DNA of 64,000 bases from Candidatus Gastranaerophilales bacterium. Its GTDB lineage: Bacteria > Cyanobacteriota > Vampirovibrionia > Gastranaerophilales > Gastranaerophilaceae. The notes beneath the pieces are model-generated. The model saw only the letters and a list, made by a program, of their open reading frames with translations, did not search any database and was not told the origin of the DNA. Below, one piece after another: positions 36,893-45,852 of this stretch. Numbering within the stretch: the first letter of the stretch is position 1; the number at the start of each line of letters is the position of its first letter. Made by a program: the position numbers and the translations under genes. Where the stretch lies: positions 8,718 to 72,717 of the forward strand of contig CALVHD010000008.1 in the NCBI GenBank assembly GCA_944327245.1, given 5' to 3'.

Positions 36893-36938
36893 TTAGGCTT
36901 CCCTTACTAAATCTTGAATAATTGTAAGGTAAACCTAA
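36893..36938. promoter_or_regulatory. 15-nt inverted repeat (13/15) with TTAGG/CCTAA arms, candidate DtxR-type operator or SD-sequestering 5'UTR hairpin
   Basis: TTAGGCTTCCCTTAC, 16-nt spacer, GTAAGGTAAACCTAA. Starts 3 nt upstream of the regulator's ATG. The left arm matches 13/19 of the classical DtxR box TTAGGTTAGCCTAACCTAA (hand count). Confidence 0.4.
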
Positions 36939-37124
36939 CTAGTTGTCAAGCAATTATCAAAGTTTTAAATAAAACACATATTCTAATTGCAATTAAACTA
37001 TGTTTATATTATTATCAAAATGTTATTAGATAATTACCTTTTCGGCTATTATTTCCAAATGGCATTTTAGCCAGCCTATTCCATAGAGGTCAGGATTAAA
37101 CCGAAAAAAGAAAGGACAGAAACT

Positions 37125-37886
37125 ATGGCAGTAGCTACATTAGTAGAATTATTAGACGCAGGTGTACACTTTGGACACCAAACCCAAAAATGGAACCCAA
37201 AAATGAAACAATACATTTTTGGCGCTAAAAACGGCATCTACATTATTGACTTAAGAAAAACTTCAGATTTATTGGATAAAGCTTATGAAGTTGTTAGAAA
37301 ATTTGCTTCTCAAGGCAAAAATGTTTTATTTGTAGGTACAAAAAAACAAGCTGTTGATGTTATTGCACAAGAAGCAACTCGTTGCGGCGGATACTACATC
37401 AACCGTCGTTGGTTAGGCGGTATGATGACTAACTTTGAAACAATCAGAGGAAGGGTTAATAAATTAAGAGAACTTGAATCATTCCTTGAATCAGGCGCAG
37501 CCAATAAGCTTCCAAAAAAAGAAATTGCACAATTAAACAGACAAGTTGCAAAACTATCTAAAACTTTGGGCGGTATTAAAGAAATGAAAGGTATGCCTGA
37601 TATTTTAGTTGTAATTGACCAAAAGAAAGAATTAATTGCAATTAAAGAAGCAAACAAACTTGGTATTCCGGTTGTATGCTTGGCTGATACCAATGCTGAT
37701 ACCGACGGAATTGACTACATCATCCCCGGTAATGATGATGCTTTGCGTTCAATTAAATTAATTGCTTCAAAAATGGCAGACGCAGTTCTTGAAGGAAAAG
37801 AATTGAGAGCAAACAACGCTAAAACAAACGGCAAAATTGAAAAAATTGAAGCAAAAGATGCAAACGCTCAAACTACTGAAGCATAA
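37125..37886 (+). CDS. rpsB: 30S ribosomal protein S2
   Basis: [40 protein letters not shown] upstream. Confidence 0.97.
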   Translation: MAVATLVELLDAGVHFGHQTQKWNPKMKQYIFGAKNGIYIIDLRKTSDLLDKAYEVVRKFASQGKNVLFVGTKKQAVDVIAQEATRCGGYYINRRWLGGMMTNFETIRGRVNKLRELESFLESGAANKLPKKEIAQLNRQVAKLSKTLGGIKEMKGMPDILVVIDQKKELIAIKEANKLGIPVVCLADTNADTDGIDYIIPGNDDALRSIKLIASKMADAVLEGKELRANNAKTNGKIEKIEAKDANAQTTEA

Positions 37887-37913
37887 GTAAGATTAGAATT
37901 AGGAGAAAAAACT

Positions 37914-38789
37914 ATGGAAATTAAAGCATCTATGGTAAAAGAACTAAGAGATAAAACAGGCGCCGGTATGATGGACGCCAAAAAAGCTCTTGTTGAAACC
38001 AATGGTGATATGGATAAGGCAATTGAACTTTTAAGACAAAAAGGTATGGCTTCTGCAGACAAAAAAATGGGCAGAATTGCAGCCGAAGGCACAATTGCTT
38101 CAGTTATCGACGGTAAAATCGGCGCTATGATTGAAGTTAATTGCGAAACAGACTTTGTTGCCAAAAACGAAGAGTTTAAAGAATTTGCTCAAGATATGGC
38201 AAAAGCAGTAATTGCTATGAATCCGTCTTCAGTTGAAGAATTTTTAGGCATGACCTGCCCAAAATGCAACAAAAAAATTGAAGATATCGTCAAAGAAAAA
38301 ATCGCAAAAATCGGCGAAAAAATTACAATCAGAAGATTTGTTAAATATGATGCTGATTGCTGTGTAAATACATACATTCACAACGGCAAAATCGGTGTTT
38401 TATTGGAAGCAAAATGCACAACTTGCGACGAAACATTAACAAAAGATATTTGCTTACACATTGCTTCAAATGCTCCTGAGTTTATTTCAAGAGATCAAAT
38501 TCCTGCTTCAGTTATTGAAGAAGAAAGAAGAATTGAAATGGGCAAAGAAGATTTAGCAAAAAAACCTGAAAACATCAGAGAAAAAATTGTTGAAGGCAGA
38601 GTTAACAAACTAATGGCTGAAAGATGCCTTTTAGAACAACCTTTTGTTAAAAACCCTGATTTAACAATTGCTCAATTAATCGAAGGTAAATGCGAAATCG
38701 TTAGATTTGAAAGATATGTATTAGGTGAAGGTCTTGAAAAAAGACAAGACGATTTTGCAGCAGAAGTTATGAACCAAATTAAAGGTTAA
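37914..38789 (+). CDS. tsf: translation elongation factor Ts
   Basis: VKELRDKTGAGMMDAKKALVETNGDMDKAIELLRQKG (UBA-like N-domain), EVNCETDFVAKN. Confidence 0.97.
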   Translation: MEIKASMVKELRDKTGAGMMDAKKALVETNGDMDKAIELLRQKGMASADKKMGRIAAEGTIASVIDGKIGAMIEVNCETDFVAKNEEFKEFAQDMAKAVIAMNPSSVEEFLGMTCPKCNKKIEDIVKEKIAKIGEKITIRRFVKYDADCCVNTYIHNGKIGVLLEAKCTTCDETLTKDICLHIASNAPEFISRDQIPASVIEEERRIEMGKEDLAKKPENIREKIVEGRVNKLMAERCLLEQPFVKNPDLTIAQLIEGKCEIVRFERYVLGEGLEKRQDDFAAEVMNQIKG

Positions 38790-38806
38790 TAATTTTTAAA
38801 AGAAAC

Positions 38807-38835
38807 AAACGAGCCTGAATTTCAGGCTCGTTTTT
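38807..38835 (+). terminator. rho-independent terminator after tsf
   Basis: ACGAGCCTGA / TCAGGCTCGT 10-bp stem, 3-nt loop, TTTTT tail. Confidence 0.8.
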
Positions 38836-38851
38836 ATATTATAATCAAACC

Positions 38852-39409
38852 ATGGAAATAATTCTGGCAAGCGCTTCTCCAAGAAGAAAAGAAATACTTT
38901 TAAATGCAGGCTATAATTTTAAAATTATAGCCTCAAAGTATGATGAAAAAATTTCAAACAAAGCATATTCAACATCATTGGTTGAAAATTGCGCTCTGAA
39001 CAAAGCAAAAGAAGTTTTTGAAAACAATAAAAATTCTCTTATAGTCGCCTCTGATACCGTTGTTGTGATTGATAATAAAATCTTAGGTAAACCGAAAGAT
39101 GAAAAAGAAGCAATTGATATGCTTTTGAATTTATCAAATAAAGAACATTTTGTTGCAACTTCAATTTGCTTAATTTATAAAGACAAAATTTTATTAGATA
39201 CGCAAAAAACCTTTGTAACTTTTAAAAAATTAACTTTAAACGAAATAAAAACCTACATTAAAGACAAAAAGCCTTTTGATAAAGCAGGAAGCTACGGTAT
39301 ACAAGATAATGGATTTGATTTTGCAATTAAAATTAATGGCGATTTAGATAACGTCATAGGTTTTCCTTTAAGACTCTTTAAAAAAATGTTAAGTCAAATC
39401 TTTATATAA
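38852..39409 (+). CDS. maf: Maf-family nucleoside triphosphate pyrophosphatase
   Basis: ILASASPRRKEIL, ASDTVV, KAGSYGIQD. Confidence 0.9.
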   Translation: MEIILASASPRRKEILLNAGYNFKIIASKYDEKISNKAYSTSLVENCALNKAKEVFENNKNSLIVASDTVVVIDNKILGKPKDEKEAIDMLLNLSNKEHFVATSICLIYKDKILLDTQKTFVTFKKLTLNEIKTYIKDKKPFDKAGSYGIQDNGFDFAIKINGDLDNVIGFPLRLFKKMLSQIFI

Positions 39410-40351
39410 CCAGCAAGAAACCTGATGACAATTATAATTCAATAAAGACGGTTTTTTTTCTTTACAAATTTCCATTTCATTACTGCACCTTTTATGGAAT
39501 TTACAGCCATTAATTATATCAGTAATTGGTGAAATTTGACCTTTGATATTTTCCAGTCTTTTACCTCTTATAGTAGGTAGTGCATTCAATAAAGCTTTTG
39601 TATATGGATGCATAGGGTTTTTAAAAAGTTCCGCGCTATCTGCTCTTTCAACAATATCGCCAAGATACATTATAGATGTTGTATCGCAATAATTTGAAAC
39701 GATAGAAAGGTCATGAGTTATTAAAATTATTGTTTTACCTTTTTCTTTTAAATCCAGCAGCAGATTTAATATTGAATTAGACACAGAAACATCAAGCGCA
39801 GTGGTGGGCTCATCAGCCAAAATCAATTCAGCATTTTGCACCAAGCTCATAGCAATAATTACCCTTTGTTTCATTCCTCCCGACAATTCATGAGGATATG
39901 ATTTTAAAACATTATCTATATTTTTAATTCTAACCTCATTTAATGCCCATTTGATTTTTTCAATATTTTCTTTTGAATTTTCAGACAAAACTTCAAGCAT
40001 TTGATTTTGAATTGTATATAAAGGGTTTAAAGACATAAAAGGATCTTGCGGAATTAAAGAAATCTTTCTGCCTCTTATTTTTCTAAATTCACTATCCTTT
40101 AATTTTAATATATCTACGTCATTAAATAATATTTCGCCTGATTTAACCAAAGAGTTCTTCGGCAATAATTTTAATACAGTATTAATTAAAACAGATTTAC
40201 CGCAGCCAGATTCACCTGCAAGCGCATGAATTTTATTTCTTTCAAATGTTAAATTTATAGAATTTAGTGCATAAAAAAAATTTTCAATATTATTTAATTC
40301 AATATTAAAACCCACACTTAAATTTTTAATTTCTAAAATATTATTCTTCAC
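39389..40351 (-). CDS. ABC transporter ATP-binding protein, OppD/DppD-like, no cognate permease nearby
   Basis: Walker A GESGCGKS, signature LSGGMKQR, Walker B LILADEPTTALD, H-loop ITHD. C-terminal oligopeptide-type extension with Cys cluster (CKFHKRC...C...C...C). GTG start. Confidence 0.85.
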   Translation of the reverse strand: MKNNILEIKNLSVGFNIELNNIENFFYALNSINLTFERNKIHALAGESGCGKSVLINTVLKLLPKNSLVKSGEILFNDVDILKLKDSEFRKIRGRKISLIPQDPFMSLNPLYTIQNQMLEVLSENSKENIEKIKWALNEVRIKNIDNVLKSYPHELSGGMKQRVIIAMSLVQNAELILADEPTTALDVSVSNSILNLLLDLKEKGKTIILITHDLSIVSNYCDTTSIMYLGDIVERADSAELFKNPMHPYTKALLNALPTIRGKRLENIKGQISPITDIINGCKFHKRCSNEMEICKEKKPSLLNYNCHQVSCWLYKDLT

Positions 40352-40353
40352 AA

Positions 40354-40382
40354 ATAATCCCTATAGTTTATATAGGGATTAT
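40354..40382 (-). promoter_or_regulatory. 12-bp perfect hairpin whose 3' arm contains the SD of the ABC ATPase gene
   Basis: Minus strand: ATAATCCCTATA, loop TAAAC, TATAGGGATTAT, then TT-GTG(start). The AGGGA SD lies inside the 3' arm. Confidence 0.4.
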
Positions 40383-40405
40383 AGCATTATTATAAATTTT
40401 TAACA

Positions 40406-41557
40406 TTAGACTTTTGATATTTCTTTTTGATTTTTGTTTTCTTCAATCTTCGCCTTCATTTTCTTTCTTCTCATTAAATCAACGAAAGCTTCAAGACGAG
40501 TTATATAGCCTGCTCTGCCTGTTTGTTCATCCATAATTAATGATAAAATCGGAAGATTGGTATCTTCTCTCATTTTAGGAAAAATATTTTGACTCATAAT
40601 TTCAGGCATGCAAGTAAAAGGTGAAACATGGATTAAACCATCAACATTTCTTTCTTTTGCATACAAAACATCGGAAATGCACTCAAGCGCATCTCCTCCT
40701 ATATCACGCATTAAATATGGTTTTGCCAATCTATAAGCACGCTCTAGGTGAGTTTCGCCTTTTTTAAACATTTTTGGAATAATTGCATCTTTTAAAAATG
40801 AAGAAATTGTTAATGAACGTCTAACTTGGACACCCATTGCACCCAATTCTCTTTCCATATTTTGATTAGAAAATTCATCATTAACAATATAAATCTCGCC
40901 TGTTAAATCAACATGAAGAACATCTTTGTTTTTATCAATTTTAACATTGGAAAGCTCTTTTAAACCTTGTTTATGAGCTTTTGTTAATTCTCTGTATCCG
41001 TTCGCATTTCTAATTAACTTTATTGCATGGTTAAAAGCTTTTTCGCTATCACCTCTGTGTATTTCACGAGCTCTGTAGTATGAAAGAAAACTTTGCAATT
41101 CATCAACCATAAAAACAGTTCTTGTCGCAAGAAAAATAGCTTTAAATATCTTGAAATAATTTTTTGAACCGCTCAAACGAACCAAATAATCAATCATGCC
41201 CTTAAAGCCATCATAAAGACTCAATTCAATATAATTAGTACTATAACCAAGATCGTGTAAAACTTGTTCAATGTTTCTTCCGTATTCACCAAGTCTGCAA
41301 ATACCGGGGGATGTAATCATTGAAACATAATCAACTCCACCTTCAATAGCTTCAATAAAATTACCTAAAATTAACTTATATGGCAAACATATTGCTTCAG
41401 GTGAATTTTTTGTTCCCAATGAAAGAGTTTTTTTACTTGTATATGGAGGTATATAAGCTTCAACCCCCATTGTCTTTAGCGCCATTTCCCAAGCAACATA
41501 GATATTTCCCATGTGAGGAAAAGATACTTTAATTTTCTTTTTTTCTGAATTTTTCAT
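40406..41557 (-). CDS. acyl-CoA dehydratase activase-related protein (DUF2229-like)
   Basis: KIKVSFPHMGNIYVAWEMALKTMGVEAYIPP...SPEAICLPYKLILGNFIEAIE resembles the DUF2229 family (recalled, not searched). The track start at 41617 would read through the rplL terminator, so the ATG at 41557 is used. No SD is visible. Confidence 0.65.
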   Translation of the reverse strand: MKNSEKKKIKVSFPHMGNIYVAWEMALKTMGVEAYIPPYTSKKTLSLGTKNSPEAICLPYKLILGNFIEAIEGGVDYVSMITSPGICRLGEYGRNIEQVLHDLGYSTNYIELSLYDGFKGMIDYLVRLSGSKNYFKIFKAIFLATRTVFMVDELQSFLSYYRAREIHRGDSEKAFNHAIKLIRNANGYRELTKAHKQGLKELSNVKIDKNKDVLHVDLTGEIYIVNDEFSNQNMERELGAMGVQVRRSLTISSFLKDAIIPKMFKKGETHLERAYRLAKPYLMRDIGGDALECISDVLYAKERNVDGLIHVSPFTCMPEIMSQNIFPKMREDTNLPILSLIMDEQTGRAGYITRLEAFVDLMRRKKMKAKIEENKNQKEISKV

Positions 41558-41573
41558 AATTCTAATTATATAA

Positions 41574-41606
41574 CAAAAAAACCGCATGCAATAAACATGC
41601 GGTTTT
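41574..41606 (-). terminator. rho-independent terminator after rplL
   Basis: ACCGCATG / CATGCGGT 8-bp stem, 7-nt loop, TTTTTT(G) tail on the minus strand. Confidence 0.75.
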
Positions 41607-41623
41607 AAATTTATCAAAATAAA

Positions 41624-42001
41624 CTATTTGATTTCTACAGTAGCGCCTGCTTCTTCTAATTTAGCTTTAATTTCTTTAGCTTCTTCAGGTTTAACACCTT
41701 CTTTAATAGCTTTTGGAGCGCCATCAACTAAATCTTTAGCTTCTTTTAAGCCTAAACCAGTAATTTCACGAACTAATTTTAATACCGGAATTTTGTTTGC
41801 GCCAGCTGAAGCTAAAATAACATTTACTTCAGAAGGAGCTTCACCAGCAGCTTCGCCTGCAGCAGCAGGAGCAGCAGCAGCAACTGCAACAGGAGCAGCA
41901 GCTGAAACGCCGAATTTTTCTTCCATAGCTTTTACTAATTCAGCAGCTTCTAATAAAGTTAATTTTTCAATTGATTCTAAAATAGTTTCTACGTTACTCA
42001 T
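41624..42001 (-). CDS. rplL: 50S ribosomal protein L7/L12
   Basis: Ala-rich hinge and C-terminal [23 protein letters not shown]...[10 protein letters not shown]. Confidence 0.97.
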   Translation of the reverse strand: MSNVETILESIEKLTLLEAAELVKAMEEKFGVSAAAPVAVAAAAPAAAGEAAGEAPSEVNVILASAGANKIPVLKLVREITGLGLKEAKDLVDGAPKAIKEGVKPEEAKEIKAKLEEAGATVEIK

Positions 42002-42039
42002 TTTTATTACCTTTCATAGTTAATATATCTATACTAAAA

Positions 42040-42561
42040 TTAAGCGGATTTTTGATCTTTAACAGCATTAATTGCTCTAACAAGAGCAGACATAACGCCA
42101 TTTACAGAATATACTATGCCGCTGATTGGAGAATTGATAGAACCAAGCATTTTTGCATATAGTTCTTCTTTTGAAGGCATTGAAGCAAGTTTTTCAGCTT
42201 CTTGTTTAGATAATACTTTTCCATCTAAAACTGCGCCAAGAATTTCTCCTTTTTTGTTCTCTTTAATAAATTTAGCTAAAACTTTTGCAGCTGCAACTTC
42301 ATCACCAAAACCAAAAGCAATTGCAGTAGGTCCTTGCATTAATTCTGAAACACATTCAAAATTAGTATCTTTTGCAGCAACTTTGCACAAAGTATTTTTT
42401 GTAACCGTTAAATCAGAGTCTTGAGCTTGCAAACCACGTCTTAATTCAGTGATTTCTTCAACGGTAAGACCGCGATAATCAGCTACAACAGCAACTTTAG
42501 CTTTTTCGAATTGTTTTTTGTAATGTTCAATTTTTTCGTTCTTAAATTCTTTTGTTGCCAT
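42040..42561 (-). CDS. rplJ: 50S ribosomal protein L10
   Basis: 173 aa; VADYRGLTVEEITELRRGL. SD AAAGGAG upstream. Immediately upstream of rplL. Confidence 0.97.
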   Translation of the reverse strand: MATKEFKNEKIEHYKKQFEKAKVAVVADYRGLTVEEITELRRGLQAQDSDLTVTKNTLCKVAAKDTNFECVSELMQGPTAIAFGFGDEVAAAKVLAKFIKENKKGEILGAVLDGKVLSKQEAEKLASMPSKEELYAKMLGSINSPISGIVYSVNGVMSALVRAINAVKDQKSA

Positions 42562-42766
42562 AGTGAAGCTTGTTTCTCCTTTCTTTAAGACTTCGCTAAA
42601 AATTCTCTAAAAACAAGAAAGTTTTGCGAGTATAGTACGCAAAACAGCTCAAATAAAGTAAAAACAAGTATTTAACTTTTAATTGAACCTGAGTTGGAAA
42701 TTAAGGACAAGCCACCAACCGTCTTTGGTACTAATAGTATTGTATATAATCAAAAAAGTAAGTCAA
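42562..42766 (-). promoter_or_regulatory. rplJ promoter plus about 170-nt leader with an internal terminator-like hairpin (L10-leader-type attenuator candidate)
   Basis: Minus strand: TTGACT (42761-42766), 16-nt spacer, TACAAT (42739-42744). Hairpin GTTTTGCG / CGCAAAAC (42621-42645) followed by TTTCTTGTTTTT. Confidence 0.4.
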
Positions 42767-42933
42767 CAAAATCTTAATAAAAGTTAATATTTTAATAAAC
42801 AAATAGCAATTTTGATTTTTAGAAAACTTTCTTAGTTCATAAAATTATTAATGTACACAAAAATTAATAATTGAGTATTTATGCTTTGATTTTTAAAAAA
42901 AGCATGGTAATATATCTACTCCGGTGAAAGTTT

Positions 42934-43554
42934 ATGCAAAGTATTAAAGAAAAAGTAGAAAAAGACATAAATTTAAGACAGTATTCGGACCTTATTAATA
43001 AAATTGCCAAGGTTGAGTATAGATCAATGGGGAACCAGCATTTAATCGAGTTTGATGAATTGATAAATATCGGTTTACAAACGATTAATATTTTATGCTC
43101 ACAAAAAGATTTTGCCTCATATAACGAGTCATACCTTTCAACAGCAATTAAATGGGCAATAAGAAACGAATTAAGAAATCGATACAGATGGTATGGCGTG
43201 CGCCAAAACAAAAACTTAACGGAATCTGAAGCAAATGAATTAAGAGATGCAATATATAAATCTATTTTATCAACAGATGAAATGTTTGATTCAGAAAGAG
43301 CATATGAAATAAAAGATGTAAGAAAAACCCCAGAAGAAATATGCGAATTTTCGATGTTATATAATTCAATTAAATCTGCCGTTATGACTCTGCCTAAAAG
43401 AGAAAGAGATTTAATAGAGTCTAAATTTTTTAAAGAGAAAAAACTCCATGAATTATCTGATGAATTTTCAATTTCTCCAAGCAGAATTTCAAGAATAATT
43501 AAATCAGGTTTAGATAAAGTTAAAGATGAATTAATTAAAAGCGAAGTAATTTAA
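42934..43554 (+). CDS. sigma-70 family sigma factor (FliA/sigma-28-like)
   Basis: Region 2 (DELINIGLQTINIL...YLSTAIKWAIRNELRN) and region 4 (LPKRERDLIESKFFKEKKLHELSDEFSISPSRISRIIKSGLDKV). TGgTAATAT extended -10 at 42905-42913. Confidence 0.8.
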   Translation: MQSIKEKVEKDINLRQYSDLINKIAKVEYRSMGNQHLIEFDELINIGLQTINILCSQKDFASYNESYLSTAIKWAIRNELRNRYRWYGVRQNKNLTESEANELRDAIYKSILSTDEMFDSERAYEIKDVRKTPEEICEFSMLYNSIKSAVMTLPKRERDLIESKFFKEKKLHELSDEFSISPSRISRIIKSGLDKVKDELIKSEVI

Positions 43555-43568
43555 TACTTCGCTTTTTT
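43537..43568 (+). terminator. rho-independent terminator overlapping the sigma gene's stop codon
   Basis: AAAAGCGAAGTA / TACTTCGCTTTT stem with the TAA stop in the loop, followed by a T-run. Confidence 0.7.
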
Positions 43569-43753
43569 AAAACTTAAAAAATATATTAAAAAAATTATTT
43601 TTCAATATAAATTCTAACATAGCTCAGTTTTTTATTCTCACACAAACTAAGCAAACCTTCCAATAGTGATACTAAAAAATTAATCAAAATATATACCCTT
43701 TATACTTATATATATCTATAAAGTAATTTATAAACTAAAAATTGCCAGTTTTA

Positions 43754-44449
43754 TTAATATTTTTTAATTATTTCATCAATGGCATTTTTAGCCACATCAT
43801 AAATTTCATCCAACTGTTTTCTTTCATAAGGCAGACCTTCAGCTGTTGTTTGAAACTCTATTATTTTTCCTGATGAAGTTAAAACAACATTGGAATCAAC
43901 TTGAGCAGTAGAATCTTCCTGATAACATAAATCTACCATAACCTCGCCATTAACAATACCAGCTGAAATTGCGCCAATTGGTTCAATAATCGGATTTTGT
44001 TCTAAAATACCCTCTTTTAAAAGTTTTTCAACCATATCTTTAACCGCAACATAAGCCCCGCAAATTGAAGCTGTTCTTGTACCGCCGTCTGCTTGAATTA
44101 CATCGGCATCAATAATAAAAGTTTTTCCTTTAATTTTTTTTAAATCAAGACATGCTCTTAAAGATCTTCCTATAAGTCTTTGGATTTCTTGAGTTCTGCC
44201 AGAAATTTTGGTTCTTTCTCTTTGGCATCTTGTTTGTGTGCTTGATGGCAAAAGAGAATATTCTGCGCTTAACCAGCCAATTTCAGAATCTTTATCCATC
44301 CATTTAGGTATAATATCTTCATAATTAGCGCAAACAATTACTTTTGTATCACCAAATTCAACCAAAACAGAACCCTTGGCGTTTTTTGTGTAATTCTTTG
44401 TAAATTTTATTCTTCTTAATTCGTTATTTTTTCTGCCGTCTAATCTCAT
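43754..44449 (-). CDS. rph: ribonuclease PH
   Basis: RLDGRKNNELR, EYSLLPSST, DADVIQADGGTRTASI. Confidence 0.95.
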   Translation of the reverse strand: MRLDGRKNNELRRIKFTKNYTKNAKGSVLVEFGDTKVIVCANYEDIIPKWMDKDSEIGWLSAEYSLLPSSTQTRCQRERTKISGRTQEIQRLIGRSLRACLDLKKIKGKTFIIDADVIQADGGTRTASICGAYVAVKDMVEKLLKEGILEQNPIIEPIGAISAGIVNGEVMVDLCYQEDSTAQVDSNVVLTSSGKIIEFQTTAEGLPYERKQLDEIYDVAKNAIDEIIKKY

Positions 44450-44587
44450 TTTTACCTCACAACTAAATTTTAAAATATTTTATCATAGCAATTTTGATTA
44501 TACAAAATTAAACCTAAATCTAATTAATTTTACCTTAAAACAAAGTATATTAACAAAATAAATCCTCAACTCTTCTGATTGCTGTGT

Positions 44588-44612
44588 CCCTGCTTTTTTG
44601 CAGGGTTTTTTT
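44588..44612 (+). terminator. orphan plus-strand terminator-like hairpin with no upstream plus-strand gene
   Basis: CCCTGC / GCAGGG 6-bp GC-rich stem, T6 loop, 7-T tail. Confidence 0.55.
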
Positions 44613-44617
44613 ATGTT

Positions 44618-44646
44618 TTTACAAAATTTAACAAATGATATATATT
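44618..44646 (+). promoter_or_regulatory. sigma70-type promoter candidate for the small-RNA candidate
   Basis: TTTACA (44618-44623), 17-nt spacer, TATATT (44641-44646). Confidence 0.45.
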
Positions 44647-44652
44647 TGTTAT

Positions 44653-44768
44653 ATACTTTTTATATACGGGTACTATCTAAATACAAGTTGTTCTCTTTTC
44701 CACTCCTTCCTCCATATGCAGATTTTTATAGCATTAATCCGAGGCTTTGCTTCGGATTTTTTTTATTT
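44653..44768 (+). ncRNA. candidate small RNA (about 115 nt) with a CU-rich anti-SD tract and its own terminator
   Basis: Bounded by the promoter above and by hairpin AATCCGAGGC/GCTTCGGATT (44736-44758) plus a T8 tail. Contains TCTCTTTTCCACTCCTTCCTCC. No credible ORF. Confidence 0.3.
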
Positions 44769-44787
44769 CTGTATTTATTTTAATTTA

Positions 44788-44816
44788 TTGACTGTTTTAT
44801 CTGATGAGATTAAACT
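44788..44816 (+). promoter_or_regulatory. sigma70-type promoter candidate for ilvC
   Basis: TTGACT (44788-44793), 17-nt spacer, TAAACT (44811-44816), 35 nt upstream of the ilvC ATG. SD AAGGAG. Confidence 0.45.
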
Positions 44817-44848
44817 TATATTTATCAGATAGATTTTAAAAGGAGTAG

Positions 44849-45847
<999 letters not shown>

Positions 45848-45852
45848 TCATT

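Noticed and set aside
41628-42023. 131-aa plus-strand ORF antisense to rplL
   Set aside because: It is the mirror image of the Ala-rich, GC-richer rplL coding sequence. rplL is unambiguous, there is no SD, and the product is low complexity (Ala/Ser-rich).
42879-43211. 110-aa minus-strand ORF overlapping the start of the FliA-like sigma gene
   Set aside because: The plus-strand ORF has clear sigma regions 2 and 4. The antisense product has no recognisable features and would run into the sigma gene's promoter region.
43618-43629. CATAGCTCAGTT, resembling a tRNA D-arm
   Set aside because: The flanks cannot form an acceptor stem, anticodon arm or GTTCRANNC T-arm. No tRNA is supported anywhere in the window.
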